A stretch of DNA of 47,637 bases from Xanthomonas sp. (GTDB taxonomy: Bacteria > Pseudomonadota > Gammaproteobacteria > Xanthomonadales > Xanthomonadaceae): positions 1 through 47,637 of the forward strand of contig JBEVKG010000284.1 in the NCBI GenBank assembly GCA_040509765.1, given 5' to 3'. Of this stretch, positions 20,999 through 30,726 are shown in pieces; position 1 is the stretch's first letter; each line of letters starts with the position of its first letter. The notes beneath the pieces were generated by a model. The model saw nothing but the letters and a program-made list of their open reading frames with translations, did no database searches and was not told where the DNA came from. A program made the position numbers and the translations under genes.

Positions 20999-21535
20999 AT
21001 GGCTGAGATTCGCATCATCAAGAAGTATCCCAATCGCCGCCTCTACGATACCGAGATCTCCAGTTACATCACCATCGAAGACGTTCGCCAGTTGATCATC
21101 GACGGCGAGGAATTCGAAGTCCGCGACGCCAAGACCGGCGAAGACCTCAGCCGCGCGGTCCTGCTGCAGATCATCGCCGACCAGGAACAGGACGGCGAAC
21201 CGATGCTGTCCACGCAGTTGCTCAGCCAGATCATCCGCTTCTACGGCGACTCGCTGCAGGGCTTCATGGGCAACTACCTGGAGCGCAGCATGCAGGTGTT
21301 CCTCGACCAGCAGCAGCAGTTCCGCCAGCAGATGGGCAATCTGCTGGGACAGACCCCCTGGACCATGATGAACCAGCTCACCGAGCGCAACCTCGAGCTG
21401 TGGCAGGAATTCCAGCGCAACCTCGGCGCCGGCTTCGGCCGCCCGACCGCCGGCACCGGCACCGGCAGCGGCAGCGGCACTGGCAAGCCTGGCGAACCGC
21501 CGGCCGGCGCCGCCCCGAAGTCGCGTCCGCGCTGA
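20999..21535 (+). CDS. phaR: Polyhydroxyalkanoate synthesis repressor PhaR
   Basis: IRIIKKYPNRRLYDTEISSYIT, DAKTGEDLSRAVLLQII, LSQIIRFYG; Gly/Thr/Ser-rich tail. Confidence 0.95.
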   Translation: MAEIRIIKKYPNRRLYDTEISSYITIEDVRQLIIDGEEFEVRDAKTGEDLSRAVLLQIIADQEQDGEPMLSTQLLSQIIRFYGDSLQGFMGNYLERSMQVFLDQQQQFRQQMGNLLGQTPWTMMNQLTERNLELWQEFQRNLGAGFGRPTAGTGTGSGSGTGKPGEPPAGAAPKSRPR

Positions 21536-21577
21536 GTTCCGCGAGCGGTCGGGGTGCGGCGGGGCGCTTCGCGCCGG

Positions 21578-21982
21578 ACCCGCACCCCAACCCCTCTCCC
21601 GGCGGGAGAGGGGCTTCTCCCTTCTCCCCTCGGGAGAAGGTGCCCCCGCAGGGGCGGATCAGGGTACGGGCGAAGCCTCGTGGATTTGATTCGACGGAGC
21701 GCTGCGCGCCCTTACCCTCACCCCTACCCCTCTCCCGGTGGGAGAGGGGCTCGGGCCTTTCCCTTCTCCCCTCGGGACCATGGCCCCCTTTTCGGGGGAA
21801 GGTGCCCCGCAGGGGCGGATGAGGGTACGGGCGAAGCCTCGTGGACTTGATTCGACGGAGCGCTGCGCGCCCTGACCCTCACCCCAACCCCTCGCCCGGT
21901 GGGAGAGGGGCTCGGGCCTTTCCCTTCTCCCATCGGGAGAAGGTGCCCCGAAGGGGCGGATGAGGGTACGGGCGAAGCCTCG
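21578..21982. repeat. Three tandem copies of a composite BoxC-like palindromic unit
   Basis: Units start at ~21578, 21714 and 21875; each has accc(t/g)cacccc.acccct..cccgg.gggagagggg, cccttctccc..cgggagaagg (interrupted in copy 2), gccc..aggggcggat.agggtacgggcgaagcctcg; between convergent phaR and TraB/GumN genes. Confidence 0.9.
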
Positions 21983-21992
21983 CAGGCGTGTG

Positions 21993-22970
21993 TCAGCGCG
22001 ATTTTGCCGGCTTGCAGTTCGCGCAGATCCGCTCGACCTTGTAGCCGCGCGCGCGCAGGCAGTCGACCGCGCCGTCCGGGCCAAGCCGGTGCAGCGCACC
22101 GACCACCACCATGGTGTCGCCGCCGCCGTCCTTCAGCCGCTGCTCCAGGCGTGGCAACCAGGCCTGGTTGCGCTCCACGACGAAGTGCTGGTACAGCCGC
22201 GGATAGTCGCGCTTCATCTGCGCGCCGATCTCCTGCCACAGCTGGCGCTCGTCGCCGCGGCGCCAGGCGTCGTGCAGGCGCAGGGTCTGCGCCGCGCCCT
22301 GCTCGGCATCGTCCAGCGCTTCGGTCAGCATCTGCTTCTGCTCCACCGGGTCCATGCCGTCGAGCAGGTCGATCTGCGCCTGTGCGGTCTCCAGGCCGTC
22401 GGCGCTCTTGCCGTCCTGCAGGGCCAGGGTCATGAAATGGCGGTCCAGCCCGGCATCGGCCTGCAGGCCCTGCGCCTTCATGTCGGCGATGCTGATGCTG
22501 AGGCCGACGAACCACGGCTCGAAGCCGCTCATCTGCGCCAGCGGCAGGCCGTGGCCGGCGGCATAGCGGCGCAGTCGCTCCCAGGTGCCCGGGTCCAGGT
22601 CGTCCTGCAGCCGCTTGCCGTCGTGGCGCTGCGCCGCCTGCAGCATCTGCGCACCCAGTTGCGGCGCGTCCACGTCCTTCGGCGCCAGTTCGAACAGCAG
22701 CCGCGGCGACGCCGCATAGGCCGCATCGACCTCGCGCGCCAGCGGATAGTCGTCGGCCTTGAGCATGTGGAACGAGCCCAGCAGGTACAGCGTGCCGCGC
22801 GGCCCGCTGACCTTCCACAACAACGGCGTGGGCGGCGCCACCGCCGGCGCGGCAGCGGGGGCGACAGGCGTCGCGGCCACCGGCGGGGGCGTGCGGGCCA
22901 ATGCCGGCAGCGCCAGGCACAGCGACAGGCCCAGCAGCAGGCGGCGCAACAGGCGCGGGAACGGGGTCAT
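21993..22970 (-). CDS. TraB/GumN family exported protein
   Basis: Signal peptide ...LALPALA, Pro/Ala linker, PLLWKV, LYLLGSFH, FEL, GLET, ERNQAW, VVVGALH. Confidence 0.88.
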   Translation of the reverse strand: MTPFPRLLRRLLLGLSLCLALPALARTPPPVAATPVAPAAAPAVAPPTPLLWKVSGPRGTLYLLGSFHMLKADDYPLAREVDAAYAASPRLLFELAPKDVDAPQLGAQMLQAAQRHDGKRLQDDLDPGTWERLRRYAAGHGLPLAQMSGFEPWFVGLSISIADMKAQGLQADAGLDRHFMTLALQDGKSADGLETAQAQIDLLDGMDPVEQKQMLTEALDDAEQGAAQTLRLHDAWRRGDERQLWQEIGAQMKRDYPRLYQHFVVERNQAWLPRLEQRLKDGGGDTMVVVGALHRLGPDGAVDCLRARGYKVERICANCKPAKSR

Positions 22971-22983
22971 CGGCATCCTCGAT

Positions 22984-23916
22984 TCAATGGGCAGCGGCGT
23001 AGGCCTTCTCGCCGGCGTCCACCGCCAGGTCGAGGCGGTTCTCCGGCGGCGGCAGCGGACAGGTGGCGAAGGGGGTGAACGCGCACGGCGGGTCGTAGGC
23101 GCGGTTGAAATCCAGCACCACGCTGCCATCGGCCGCGGGGGCATCCACGTCCAGGAAGCGCCCGGCCGGGTAGCTGCCGTGGCCGCTGGTGCGGTCGGCG
23201 AACACCACGAACAGCGGCTGGCCGGGTTCGCCGATCGCCTGCAGGCGGTAGCGCTTGCCGCCGCGCTCGAACTCCAGCGCGCCGGGATTGGGCGATGGCG
23301 TGGTGACGCCGATGATGTCGACGATGGGCAGGGTCGTGCCCGGCGGATTGGGCACGAAGCGCCCGCGCACGCGCCAGGATTCGGCCAGCGGCCAATACGG
23401 CACGCCGGTGAAACTGCGCCGTGTCGGCGCATCGGCGTGCTTGACCCGCAGCGCATAGCGGCCGCCGCGTTCGATCAGGCTGAGCTTGCCCTTGCCGTCG
23501 TCGAAGTCGACGACGGTCGGCTGCGGATCGTGGTCGCTGTACAGACGCATCCGCCCCTGCACCGGCGCACCGGCGACGCTGAGGGCGGCGCCGCGCTCGG
23601 GGGTCAGGTACACCTCGCGCTGCGCCTGCGACACCAGCGCCATCCGCGCCGGCCCCACCGCCAGGCGGATGCCGCTGTCCGCGCCGCTGCCGATGTAGTG
23701 CTCCTTCAGTTCCAGCCAGTGCAGGCCGACCAGGCTGGTCCAGCCATCCGGCGCCTGCAGCTCGCGCTGGCGCTGCGCGCGCCAGGCCTGTTCCTCGGCC
23801 ACGAACCGCGCGTCCATCGCCTTCGGCGCGGCCGGGGCCGGCGCCTGTCTGCCGCATCCAGCCAAGGCGACCAGCGCCGCCAGCAGCGCCGTCGTCCACA
23901 CCCGCTTGTCCATCAT
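22984..23916 (-). CDS. DUF1684 family lipoprotein
   Basis: Lipobox LAGC; [56 protein letters not shown]...AGEK; ATGA overlap with the mutL stop. Confidence 0.88.
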   Translation of the reverse strand: MMDKRVWTTALLAALVALAGCGRQAPAPAAPKAMDARFVAEEQAWRAQRQRELQAPDGWTSLVGLHWLELKEHYIGSGADSGIRLAVGPARMALVSQAQREVYLTPERGAALSVAGAPVQGRMRLYSDHDPQPTVVDFDDGKGKLSLIERGGRYALRVKHADAPTRRSFTGVPYWPLAESWRVRGRFVPNPPGTTLPIVDIIGVTTPSPNPGALEFERGGKRYRLQAIGEPGQPLFVVFADRTSGHGSYPAGRFLDVDAPAADGSVVLDFNRAYDPPCAFTPFATCPLPPPENRLDLAVDAGEKAYAAAH

Positions 23917-25793
23917 CGCCCCCGCAAGAACCAACGATCGATCTCGCCCAGGGTGAACCGCGCCCAGGTCGGACGCCCATGATTGCATTGTCCGGAGCGC
24001 TCGGTGGCTTCCATGTCGCGCAGCAAGGCGTTCATTTCCGGCACGGTGAGGCGACGGTTGGCGCGCACCGCACCATGGCAGGCCATGGTCGACAGCAGCG
24101 CATCGCGCGCGCCGGCGACGCGGCCGCTGTGGCCGTGTTCGCGCAGGTCGGTGAGCACGTCGCGCAGCAAGGCCTCCGGCTCGGCCTGCGCCAGCAGCGC
24201 CGGAATGCTGCGCACGTGCAGCGATTGCGGTCCGCTGCGGGTGATCTCGAAACCGAGCGCGGCCAGCGTCTCCGCCTCGCGCTCGGCGGTGTCGGCATCG
24301 CGTTCGCCCACCGCCAGGGTGATCGGCACCAGCAGCGGCTGCGCGTGCAGGCCAATGCCGTCGTGCGCGGTCTTCAGGCGCTCGTAGCCGATGCGTTCGT
24401 GCGCCGCATGCATGGCGACCACGATCAGGCCGTCGGCGTTCTCGGCGAGGATGTAGATGCCGTGCAACTGCGCGATGGCGTAGCCGAGCGGCGGCACGCC
24501 GCTGTCGGCGGCGGTCGGCGGCAGGCCGCCGGCCGGGTCCTGGGTCTGCCGCGGCAGGCCGGCGGCGCTTCCCGCCTCGGAGACGGGCGCGTACAGCGCC
24601 GCATACGCCGCCGGCGCTTCTTCCACGCGCAAGCCCAGCGGCGATTGCGCCGGGCGCCACTGCGCGCCGTAACCATAGCCCTGCCCGCCACCAGCACCCG
24701 CGCCGCCACCGTTCGGCGCGCCTGCGCCCGCCCAGGCCGCAGCACCCGCGGCTGGCGTCGGCAGCGCCGCGTCGGCGCCGATCGCGCCGGGCAGGCTGCC
24801 GGCGCGGGTCTGCGCCAGCGCGTCCTGCAACGTGCGATAGACGAAATCGTGGATCAGCCGCGCATCGCGGAAACGCACCTCGTGCTTGGCCGGATGCACG
24901 TTGACGTCCACCCGCGACGGCTCCAGTTCCAGGAACAGCACATAGGCCGGCTGCCGGCCATGGAACAGCACATCGCCATAGGCCATCTTCACCGCGTGGG
25001 CGACGCTGCGATCGCGCACCGAGCGGCCGTTGACGTAGAGATACTGCTGGTCGGCGCTGGCGCGCGAATAATGCGGCTGCGCGATCCAGCCGTGCAGGCG
25101 CAGGCCCGCACCGCTGTGGTCCACGCGCAGCGCCTGGCGTGCGAAATCCTCGCCCAGGGTCTCGCCCAGGCGCGCATCCGAATACAGATCGCCGGGCTTG
25201 TAGCGCCGCGACGGCTTGCCGTTGTGCGAGACCCGCAACTCCACGTCCGGGCGCGCCAGCGCCAGCGAACGCAGCCACTCCTCGATGTGGCCCAGTTCGG
25301 TGCGCTCGGCGCGCAGGAACTTGCGCCGCGCCGGCACGTTGTAGAACAACTCGCGGACTTCGACCAGGGTGCCCGGCGGCAGCGGGCGCGGCTGCACCTG
25401 GCCGACCTTGCCACCTTCGACCTGCAGGGCCGCGCCGTGGTCGTCGCCGGCACGGCGCGAGGCCAGGGTGAAGCGGCTGACCGACGCGATCGACGGCAGC
25501 GCTTCGCCGCGGAAACCGAGCGTGCCCACCGATTCCAGGTCGTCCAGCGAGGCGATCTTGCTGGTCGCATGCCGCGACACCGCCAGCGGCAGTTCCTCGG
25601 GCGCGATGCCGCCGCCATCGTCGCGGATGCGGATCAGGCGCACGCCGCCTTCTTCCAGATCGATGTCGACGCGGTGCGCACCGGCGTCCAGTGCGTTCTC
25701 CACCAGTTCCTTGACCACCGAGGCCGGACGCTCGACCACTTCGCCGGCGGCGATCTGGTTGATCAGGATCTCGGGCAGCTGACGGATGCTCAT
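23913..25793 (-). CDS. mutL: DNA mismatch repair protein MutL
   Basis: [50 protein letters not shown]; C-terminal (A)[21 protein letters not shown]. Confidence 0.97.
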   Translation of the reverse strand: MSIRQLPEILINQIAAGEVVERPASVVKELVENALDAGAHRVDIDLEEGGVRLIRIRDDGGGIAPEELPLAVSRHATSKIASLDDLESVGTLGFRGEALPSIASVSRFTLASRRAGDDHGAALQVEGGKVGQVQPRPLPPGTLVEVRELFYNVPARRKFLRAERTELGHIEEWLRSLALARPDVELRVSHNGKPSRRYKPGDLYSDARLGETLGEDFARQALRVDHSGAGLRLHGWIAQPHYSRASADQQYLYVNGRSVRDRSVAHAVKMAYGDVLFHGRQPAYVLFLELEPSRVDVNVHPAKHEVRFRDARLIHDFVYRTLQDALAQTRAGSLPGAIGADAALPTPAAGAAAWAGAGAPNGGGAGAGGGQGYGYGAQWRPAQSPLGLRVEEAPAAYAALYAPVSEAGSAAGLPRQTQDPAGGLPPTAADSGVPPLGYAIAQLHGIYILAENADGLIVVAMHAAHERIGYERLKTAHDGIGLHAQPLLVPITLAVGERDADTAEREAETLAALGFEITRSGPQSLHVRSIPALLAQAEPEALLRDVLTDLREHGHSGRVAGARDALLSTMACHGAVRANRRLTVPEMNALLRDMEATERSGQCNHGRPTWARFTLGEIDRWFLRGR

Positions 25794-25927
25794 GCCGTCT
25801 CCGCCTCGCGCACGCGCAGACGCGCGCAGGCATTGGCGACAGGACGAGAACGACAGCAGGGACAGGACATCGGCACGGCTCGCGGCGCGGACGCCGTCAT
25901 CGAGGATCAGCCGTTAATGATAGCGCC

Positions 25928-27502
25928 TCAGCGGCTGCCGCCGGCCACGGTGCTGGCCGCTTCCGCCTCGGCCTGGGCGCGTGCGGCGAACAGCGTGCCG
26001 GGCGGCGGCTGCCGGGTGAAGAAGGTGCTGACGCCGTCGAGCACGGCGCTGGCGATGCGGCGCTGGTAGGCCGGATCGGTCAGCCGGCGCTCTTCGTCCG
26101 GGTTGGAGATGAAGGCGGTCTCGACCAGCATCGCCGGCATGTCCGAGGTGCGCAGCACCGCGAAGTTGGCGCGCTCGATGTCCGGCTTGTGGTTGTTGCC
26201 GATCCGCTTCAGCCCGCCGAGCACGTGCCCGGCCGCGTCTTCGGAGGCCTTCATGTGGCCACTCTGGGCCAGGTCCAGCAAAACGTTGGCCAGGGTGCTG
26301 TCGGTCTTCTGCAGGCGCACGCCGCCGATCAGGTCGGCGGCGTTTTCCTTGTCGGCCAGCCAGCGCGCGCGCTGCGAGGACGCCCCCTTGGTCGACAGCA
26401 CGTACACCGAGGAACCGGTCGCGCTGCGGTTTTCCGCGGCGTCGGCGTGGATCGAGATGAAGATGTCGGCCTTGGCCGCGCGCGCCTTCTGCGCGCGCAT
26501 CGGCAAGGGAATGAACACGTCCGTGGTGCGGGTCATGTACGCCTTCATGCCCGGCGTGGCGTTGATCTGGCGCGCCAGTTCGCGACCGATCGCCAGGGTC
26601 ACGTCCTTCTCGTGCTTGCCGGTCGGGCCGCTGGCACCGGGATCCTGGCCGCCATGGCCGGGATCGATGGCCACGATCAGCGGGCGCATGCCCGGCGCCA
26701 TCTTCACCCGCGACGCCGCGCTGGGCATCACCGGCCGTGCTTCGGCGGCAGCGGCCACCGCCGCGTCGTCGTCCGCGTCGTCACGCTCGGGGGCTTGGTT
26801 CGCCGGCGGCACGACTGCGGTGGGGGCCGGCGTCGGCACGACGCCAGGCACTGGACGGCCGGGCACCGCCGCCGCAACGCCCGGAGCGGATGCAACGACG
26901 GTCGGCGCGGGCACCACGGGCGGTGGGACCGGGGTCGGCGCCGGCTGATTGGCACGCTGCACCACCGACGAGGTCAGCGCCGCGGTCGCACGCGCCGCTT
27001 CGGCACGCGCATCCACCGCCGGCCTGGGTGCCGGGACGGGCGTGGCCTGTGGCATCGGGGTCGCGGCGGCCGGCGCATCGCCAGCCACCGCCTTGCCCGC
27101 CGGCGCCTCGCCCGGCCACTCGATCACCAGCACCGAACTGCCGCCGACGGTCTGCATCTGCGGCTTGAACGCCACCACCGAGCTGCTCAGGTCGAACACG
27201 ATGCGCAAGGTGCCGGGCACCGGGTGCCCGGTGCGCACCGCGCTGACCACACCGCCGCCGGCCGGCAGCTTCAGGCCCTTGGACGCGGAAGAATCGGGAA
27301 GATCGACCACCAGACGGTTGGGGTTGGCCAGCGACAGCGTGCTGAAGCCGCCACTGCCCTGCAGACGGATCTCGGCGCGGGTGCCGGTGGCGCCGCTGTC
27401 GAGCGCGACCGACTGCACTTGACCGGCAAACGCCGTCTGCGCCGCCAGGCACCAGCCTGCGGCGGCGGCGAAACTGGCGAAAAAACGGGTCCCCGGGCGC
27501 AT
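25928..27502 (-). CDS. amiC: N-acetylmuramoyl-L-alanine amidase (AMIN + Amidase_3)
   Basis: Signal peptide, AMIN (LANPNRLVVDL, LRIVFDL), long Pro/Ala linker, IDPGHGGQDPGA, HEKDVTL, ISIHAD, LVETAFISN; start ATG 27502. Confidence 0.92.
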   Translation of the reverse strand: MRPGTRFFASFAAAAGWCLAAQTAFAGQVQSVALDSGATGTRAEIRLQGSGGFSTLSLANPNRLVVDLPDSSASKGLKLPAGGGVVSAVRTGHPVPGTLRIVFDLSSSVVAFKPQMQTVGGSSVLVIEWPGEAPAGKAVAGDAPAAATPMPQATPVPAPRPAVDARAEAARATAALTSSVVQRANQPAPTPVPPPVVPAPTVVASAPGVAAAVPGRPVPGVVPTPAPTAVVPPANQAPERDDADDDAAVAAAAEARPVMPSAASRVKMAPGMRPLIVAIDPGHGGQDPGASGPTGKHEKDVTLAIGRELARQINATPGMKAYMTRTTDVFIPLPMRAQKARAAKADIFISIHADAAENRSATGSSVYVLSTKGASSQRARWLADKENAADLIGGVRLQKTDSTLANVLLDLAQSGHMKASEDAAGHVLGGLKRIGNNHKPDIERANFAVLRTSDMPAMLVETAFISNPDEERRLTDPAYQRRIASAVLDGVSTFFTRQPPPGTLFAARAQAEAEAASTVAGGSR

Positions 27503-27582
27503 AACGCGATTCAAACATCGCCGGGGGCCAAACGCAAGCTGTTTTCCCTTAATAATCCATAACCTGCCTCCACTTCCTAGCG

Positions 27583-28065
27583 TCAGCCGGCAAAAAGTCC
27601 CTGCAAGTCGGCCTGCGCACCCACCCGGGCCAGCCAGGCGCTGCCTGCATCGGTGCGCGCCTGCAGGACGGCGCTGCGGCCGTCGTCGCGCACCGCCAAG
27701 CGCACATCCAGATCGGCCGGCGCCAGCACGTCGCCGCCCCGCTCGGGCCATTCCACCAGCCACAGCGTCGCCCCGCCCTCGTCGAGCCCGAGGAAATCCA
27801 GCTCGCCGGCCGCGCCGATGCGGTACAGATCCAGGTGCCAGGCCTCGCCATCGGCCAGCGGGTAGCGCTCCACCAGGGTATAGGTGGGGCTGCGGATCGC
27901 GCCCTGCACGCCGAGCGCGCGCAGCAGCGCCCGCGCCAGGGTCGATTTGCCGGCGCCCAGGTCGCCGTGCAGATGCACCGAGGCCTGCGCCGGGCGGGTC
28001 GCGGCCAGCGCGCGGCCGAGGCGTTCGGTGGCCTCGCTGTCGGGCAGGAACAACATGATGCTCAT
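27583..28065 (-). CDS. tsaE: tRNA threonylcarbamoyladenosine biosynthesis ATPase TsaE
   Basis: LHGDLGAGKST, SPTYTLVERY, HLDLYR, VEWPE. Confidence 0.96.
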   Translation of the reverse strand: MSIMLFLPDSEATERLGRALAATRPAQASVHLHGDLGAGKSTLARALLRALGVQGAIRSPTYTLVERYPLADGEAWHLDLYRIGAAGELDFLGLDEGGATLWLVEWPERGGDVLAPADLDVRLAVRDDGRSAVLQARTDAGSAWLARVGAQADLQGLFAG

Positions 28066-29549
28066 GGTTCGGATTCCGGATTGGACAGGCGCCGCAGCGC
28101 CGGTAGCAGGTCGGTGGGCAGCAGCCCGCGCTGGCCCGCGGCGGCGGCCAGGTCGCCGGCGCCGGCGTGCAGCAGCGCGCCGACGCTGGCCGCCTCGAAC
28201 GCAGCCAGTCCCTGCGCGCGCAGCGCCGCGACCACCCCGGTCAACAGATCGCCCATGCCGCCGACCGCCATGCCCGGATTGCCTGCGGCGATCACCCGCG
28301 GGGCTTGCCCCGGCGCGGCGACCAGGCTGCCGGCGCCCTTCAGGACCACCGCGGCCTGGTAGCGCTCGGCCAATGCCGCGGCCGCCGCGAAACGATCGCG
28401 CTGCACCTCGGCGGTGGTGAGGCCGAGCAGGCGCCCGGCCTCACCCGGATGCGGGGTCAGCACCGCCTGCGGCACCGCACGCGGCGCCTGCGCGAGCAGG
28501 TTCAAGGCATCGGCGTCCAGCACCAACGCGCGGTGCGCATCGGCCAGCACCGCCTGCCACAGCGCCTGCGCCCAGGCGTCCTGGCCGAGTCCGGGGCCGA
28601 GCGCGACCACGCTGGCCTTGTGCAGCAATGGCGCCAGCGCCGCCGCATCGTCGACCGCATGCGCCATCGCCTCCGGGCAGCGCGCCAGCAGCGGCGCCAC
28701 GTGCGCGCTGCGGGTCGCCACACTGACCAGGCCGGCCCCGCTGCGCAGCGCCGATTCCGCACTGAGCATCACTGCACCGCCGCTGCCGAGGTTGCCGCCG
28801 ACGCACAGCACATGCCCGGAATCGCCCTTGTGGCTGTCCTGCCGGCGCGGTGCCAGACGGCGGCGCAAGGCGCCCACGGTCCAGGCCTGCGCGCGCGGCG
28901 TGCAGTCGGCGAACGCGTCCGCCGGCACCTCCAGCGTCGCCAGCGCCCGCTCGCCGACATGATTCAAGGCCGCACCGGTATGCAGCCCGGCGTGGGCGAC
29001 GATGAACTGCAGGGTCAACGTCGCCGGCAGGACCGCACCAGGCACGCTGCCGGACTCGGCATCCACGCCGCTGGGCACGTCCAGCGCCAGCACCGGCGCG
29101 CCGAGCCCGCCCAGCGCACCGAGCAGCGCCGCCAGTTCGGCATCCGGCGCACGGTTGAGCCCGATGCCGAGCAGCGCATCCACGATCACGTCGGCCGGGG
29201 CCAGCGCCGCATCGAATTCCTCGATGCGCCCACCCACACCGATGTAGTCGGTGCAGGCGCGCTGCGCCAGCGGCGATTGCGGGCCGCGCCCGGGCAACTG
29301 CAGCACGCGCACCTGGCGCCCGGCACGATGCGCCAGTCGCGCCAGCACGTAGCCGTCGCCGCCGTTGTTGCCGCTGCCGCAGGCCACCAGGATGCGCTGC
29401 GCCTGCGGCCAGCGCTGCAGCAGGGTCTGCCAGGCGACCTGGCCGGCGCGCTGCATCAGCGTGTAGCCGTCGCCGCCGAGCAGCGCGGTGGCCTGCGCAT
29501 CGATGCGGCGCGCGGCCGCGGTGGCGTAGAGATCGAAGCAGTCGTACAT
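28062..29549 (-). CDS. nnr: Bifunctional NAD(P)HX epimerase/dehydratase (YjeF)
   Basis: LMQRAG, GSGNNGGDG, DALLGIG, DVPSG, SHKG, GPGLG, DADAL, TPHPGEA, GGMGDLLTG. Confidence 0.95.
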   Translation of the reverse strand: MYDCFDLYATAAARRIDAQATALLGGDGYTLMQRAGQVAWQTLLQRWPQAQRILVACGSGNNGGDGYVLARLAHRAGRQVRVLQLPGRGPQSPLAQRACTDYIGVGGRIEEFDAALAPADVIVDALLGIGLNRAPDAELAALLGALGGLGAPVLALDVPSGVDAESGSVPGAVLPATLTLQFIVAHAGLHTGAALNHVGERALATLEVPADAFADCTPRAQAWTVGALRRRLAPRRQDSHKGDSGHVLCVGGNLGSGGAVMLSAESALRSGAGLVSVATRSAHVAPLLARCPEAMAHAVDDAAALAPLLHKASVVALGPGLGQDAWAQALWQAVLADAHRALVLDADALNLLAQAPRAVPQAVLTPHPGEAGRLLGLTTAEVQRDRFAAAAALAERYQAAVVLKGAGSLVAAPGQAPRVIAAGNPGMAVGGMGDLLTGVVAALRAQGLAAFEAASVGALLHAGAGDLAAAAGQRGLLPTDLLPALRRLSNPESEP

Positions 29550-29572
29550 GCCCGGGATTCTATACTTGCGCG
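29550..29572. promoter_or_regulatory. Bidirectional promoter with overlapping -10 elements for nnr and queG
   Basis: ATTCTATACT core: TATACT (+, 29561-29566) 6 nt before queG ATG; TAGAAT (-, 29562-29557) 7 nt before nnr ATG. Confidence 0.7.
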
Positions 29573-30700
29573 ATGTCCGCCCGTCTCGACATCGCTGATC
29601 CCCACGCCGCGGCCGCGCGCATCCGCGCGCTGGCGCGCACGTTCGGCTTCCAGCGCTGCGGCATCGCCGGGATCGAACTGCAACAGGACGAGGCGCATCT
29701 GCGCGACTGGCTGGCGCAGGGCCTGTACGGGACGATGCACTGGATGGCCCAGCACGGCGACAAGCGCGCGCGCCCGGCCGAACTCATCCCGGGCACGCTG
29801 CGGGTGATCTCGGTCGGCCTGGACTACGGCCGCAACGACGACGACACGGCCTGGGACACCCTGCGCGACGGCGAGCGCGCCTACGTCGCGCGCTACGCCC
29901 TGGGCCGCGACTATCACAAGCTGATGCGCAACCGCCTGCAGAAGCTGGCCGAGCGCATCCAGGCCGAGATCGGCCCGTTCGGCCACCGCGTGTTCGTCGA
30001 TTCCGCGCCGGTGCTCGAACGCGCCCTGGCGCGCGACGCCGGCCTGGGCTGGATCGGCAAGCACACCTGCCTGATCGACCGCAACGGCGGCTCCTGGTTC
30101 TTCCTCGGCGAGATCTATGTCGATCTGCCGCTGCCGATCGATCCGCCGGCCAGCGCGCACTGCGGTACCTGCACGCGCTGCATCGACGTCTGCCCGACCC
30201 AGGCGATCGTCGCGCCGTACCGGCTCGATGCGCGCCGCTGCATCGCCTACCTGACCATCGAGCACGACGGCGCGATTCCCGAGGCGTTGCGCCCGGCGAT
30301 CGGCAACCGCATCTTCGGCTGCGACGACTGCCAACTGATCTGCCCCTGGAACAAGTTCGCCAAGCGCAGCGACGAGCCGGACTTCCGCGCGCGCAACGAC
30401 CTGGACAAGGCCACGCTGGCACAGTTGTTCGCGTGGGAGGAAGACGAATTCCTGCGCCGCACCGAAGGCAGCGCGATCCGCCGCAGCGGCCACGAACGCT
30501 GGTTGCGCAATCTGGCGGTGGCGCTGGGCAACGCACCGACCACGCCGCAGGTGCTGGCCGCGCTGGGCGCACGCGCGCAGCACCCGTCGCCGCTGGTGCG
30601 CGAGCACGTGCAATGGGCCCTGGCCCGGCACGCCCACCGGTCGACCGGCATGAAGACCGCGCCGACGCGACCGGCAGCGCCTACCGACGTGCGAGGATAG
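29573..30700 (+). CDS. queG: Epoxyqueuosine reductase
   Basis: [38 protein letters not shown] and [12 protein letters not shown] Fe-S motifs. Confidence 0.96.
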   Translation: MSARLDIADPHAAAARIRALARTFGFQRCGIAGIELQQDEAHLRDWLAQGLYGTMHWMAQHGDKRARPAELIPGTLRVISVGLDYGRNDDDTAWDTLRDGERAYVARYALGRDYHKLMRNRLQKLAERIQAEIGPFGHRVFVDSAPVLERALARDAGLGWIGKHTCLIDRNGGSWFFLGEIYVDLPLPIDPPASAHCGTCTRCIDVCPTQAIVAPYRLDARRCIAYLTIEHDGAIPEALRPAIGNRIFGCDDCQLICPWNKFAKRSDEPDFRARNDLDKATLAQLFAWEEDEFLRRTEGSAIRRSGHERWLRNLAVALGNAPTTPQVLAALGARAQHPSPLVREHVQWALARHAHRSTGMKTAPTRPAAPTDVRG

Positions 30701-30726
30701 GCGTCCGTACGCCCTGCACTGCCCGC

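Noticed and set aside
21578-21982. Possible CRISPR array
   Set aside because: Units exceed 100 bp, the intervening sequences are near-identical rather than unique spacers, and there are no cas genes
21993-22970. TraB name suggesting conjugation or plasmid origin
   Set aside because: The TraB/GumN family is a chromosomal exported protein family, here co-oriented downstream of mutL and DUF1684; no transfer genes nearby
22984-25833. 949-aa ORF suggesting a frameshifted MutL-DUF1684 fusion
   Set aside because: Only the last 310 aa are protein-like, with their own ATG and lipoprotein signal; mutL is complete in another frame
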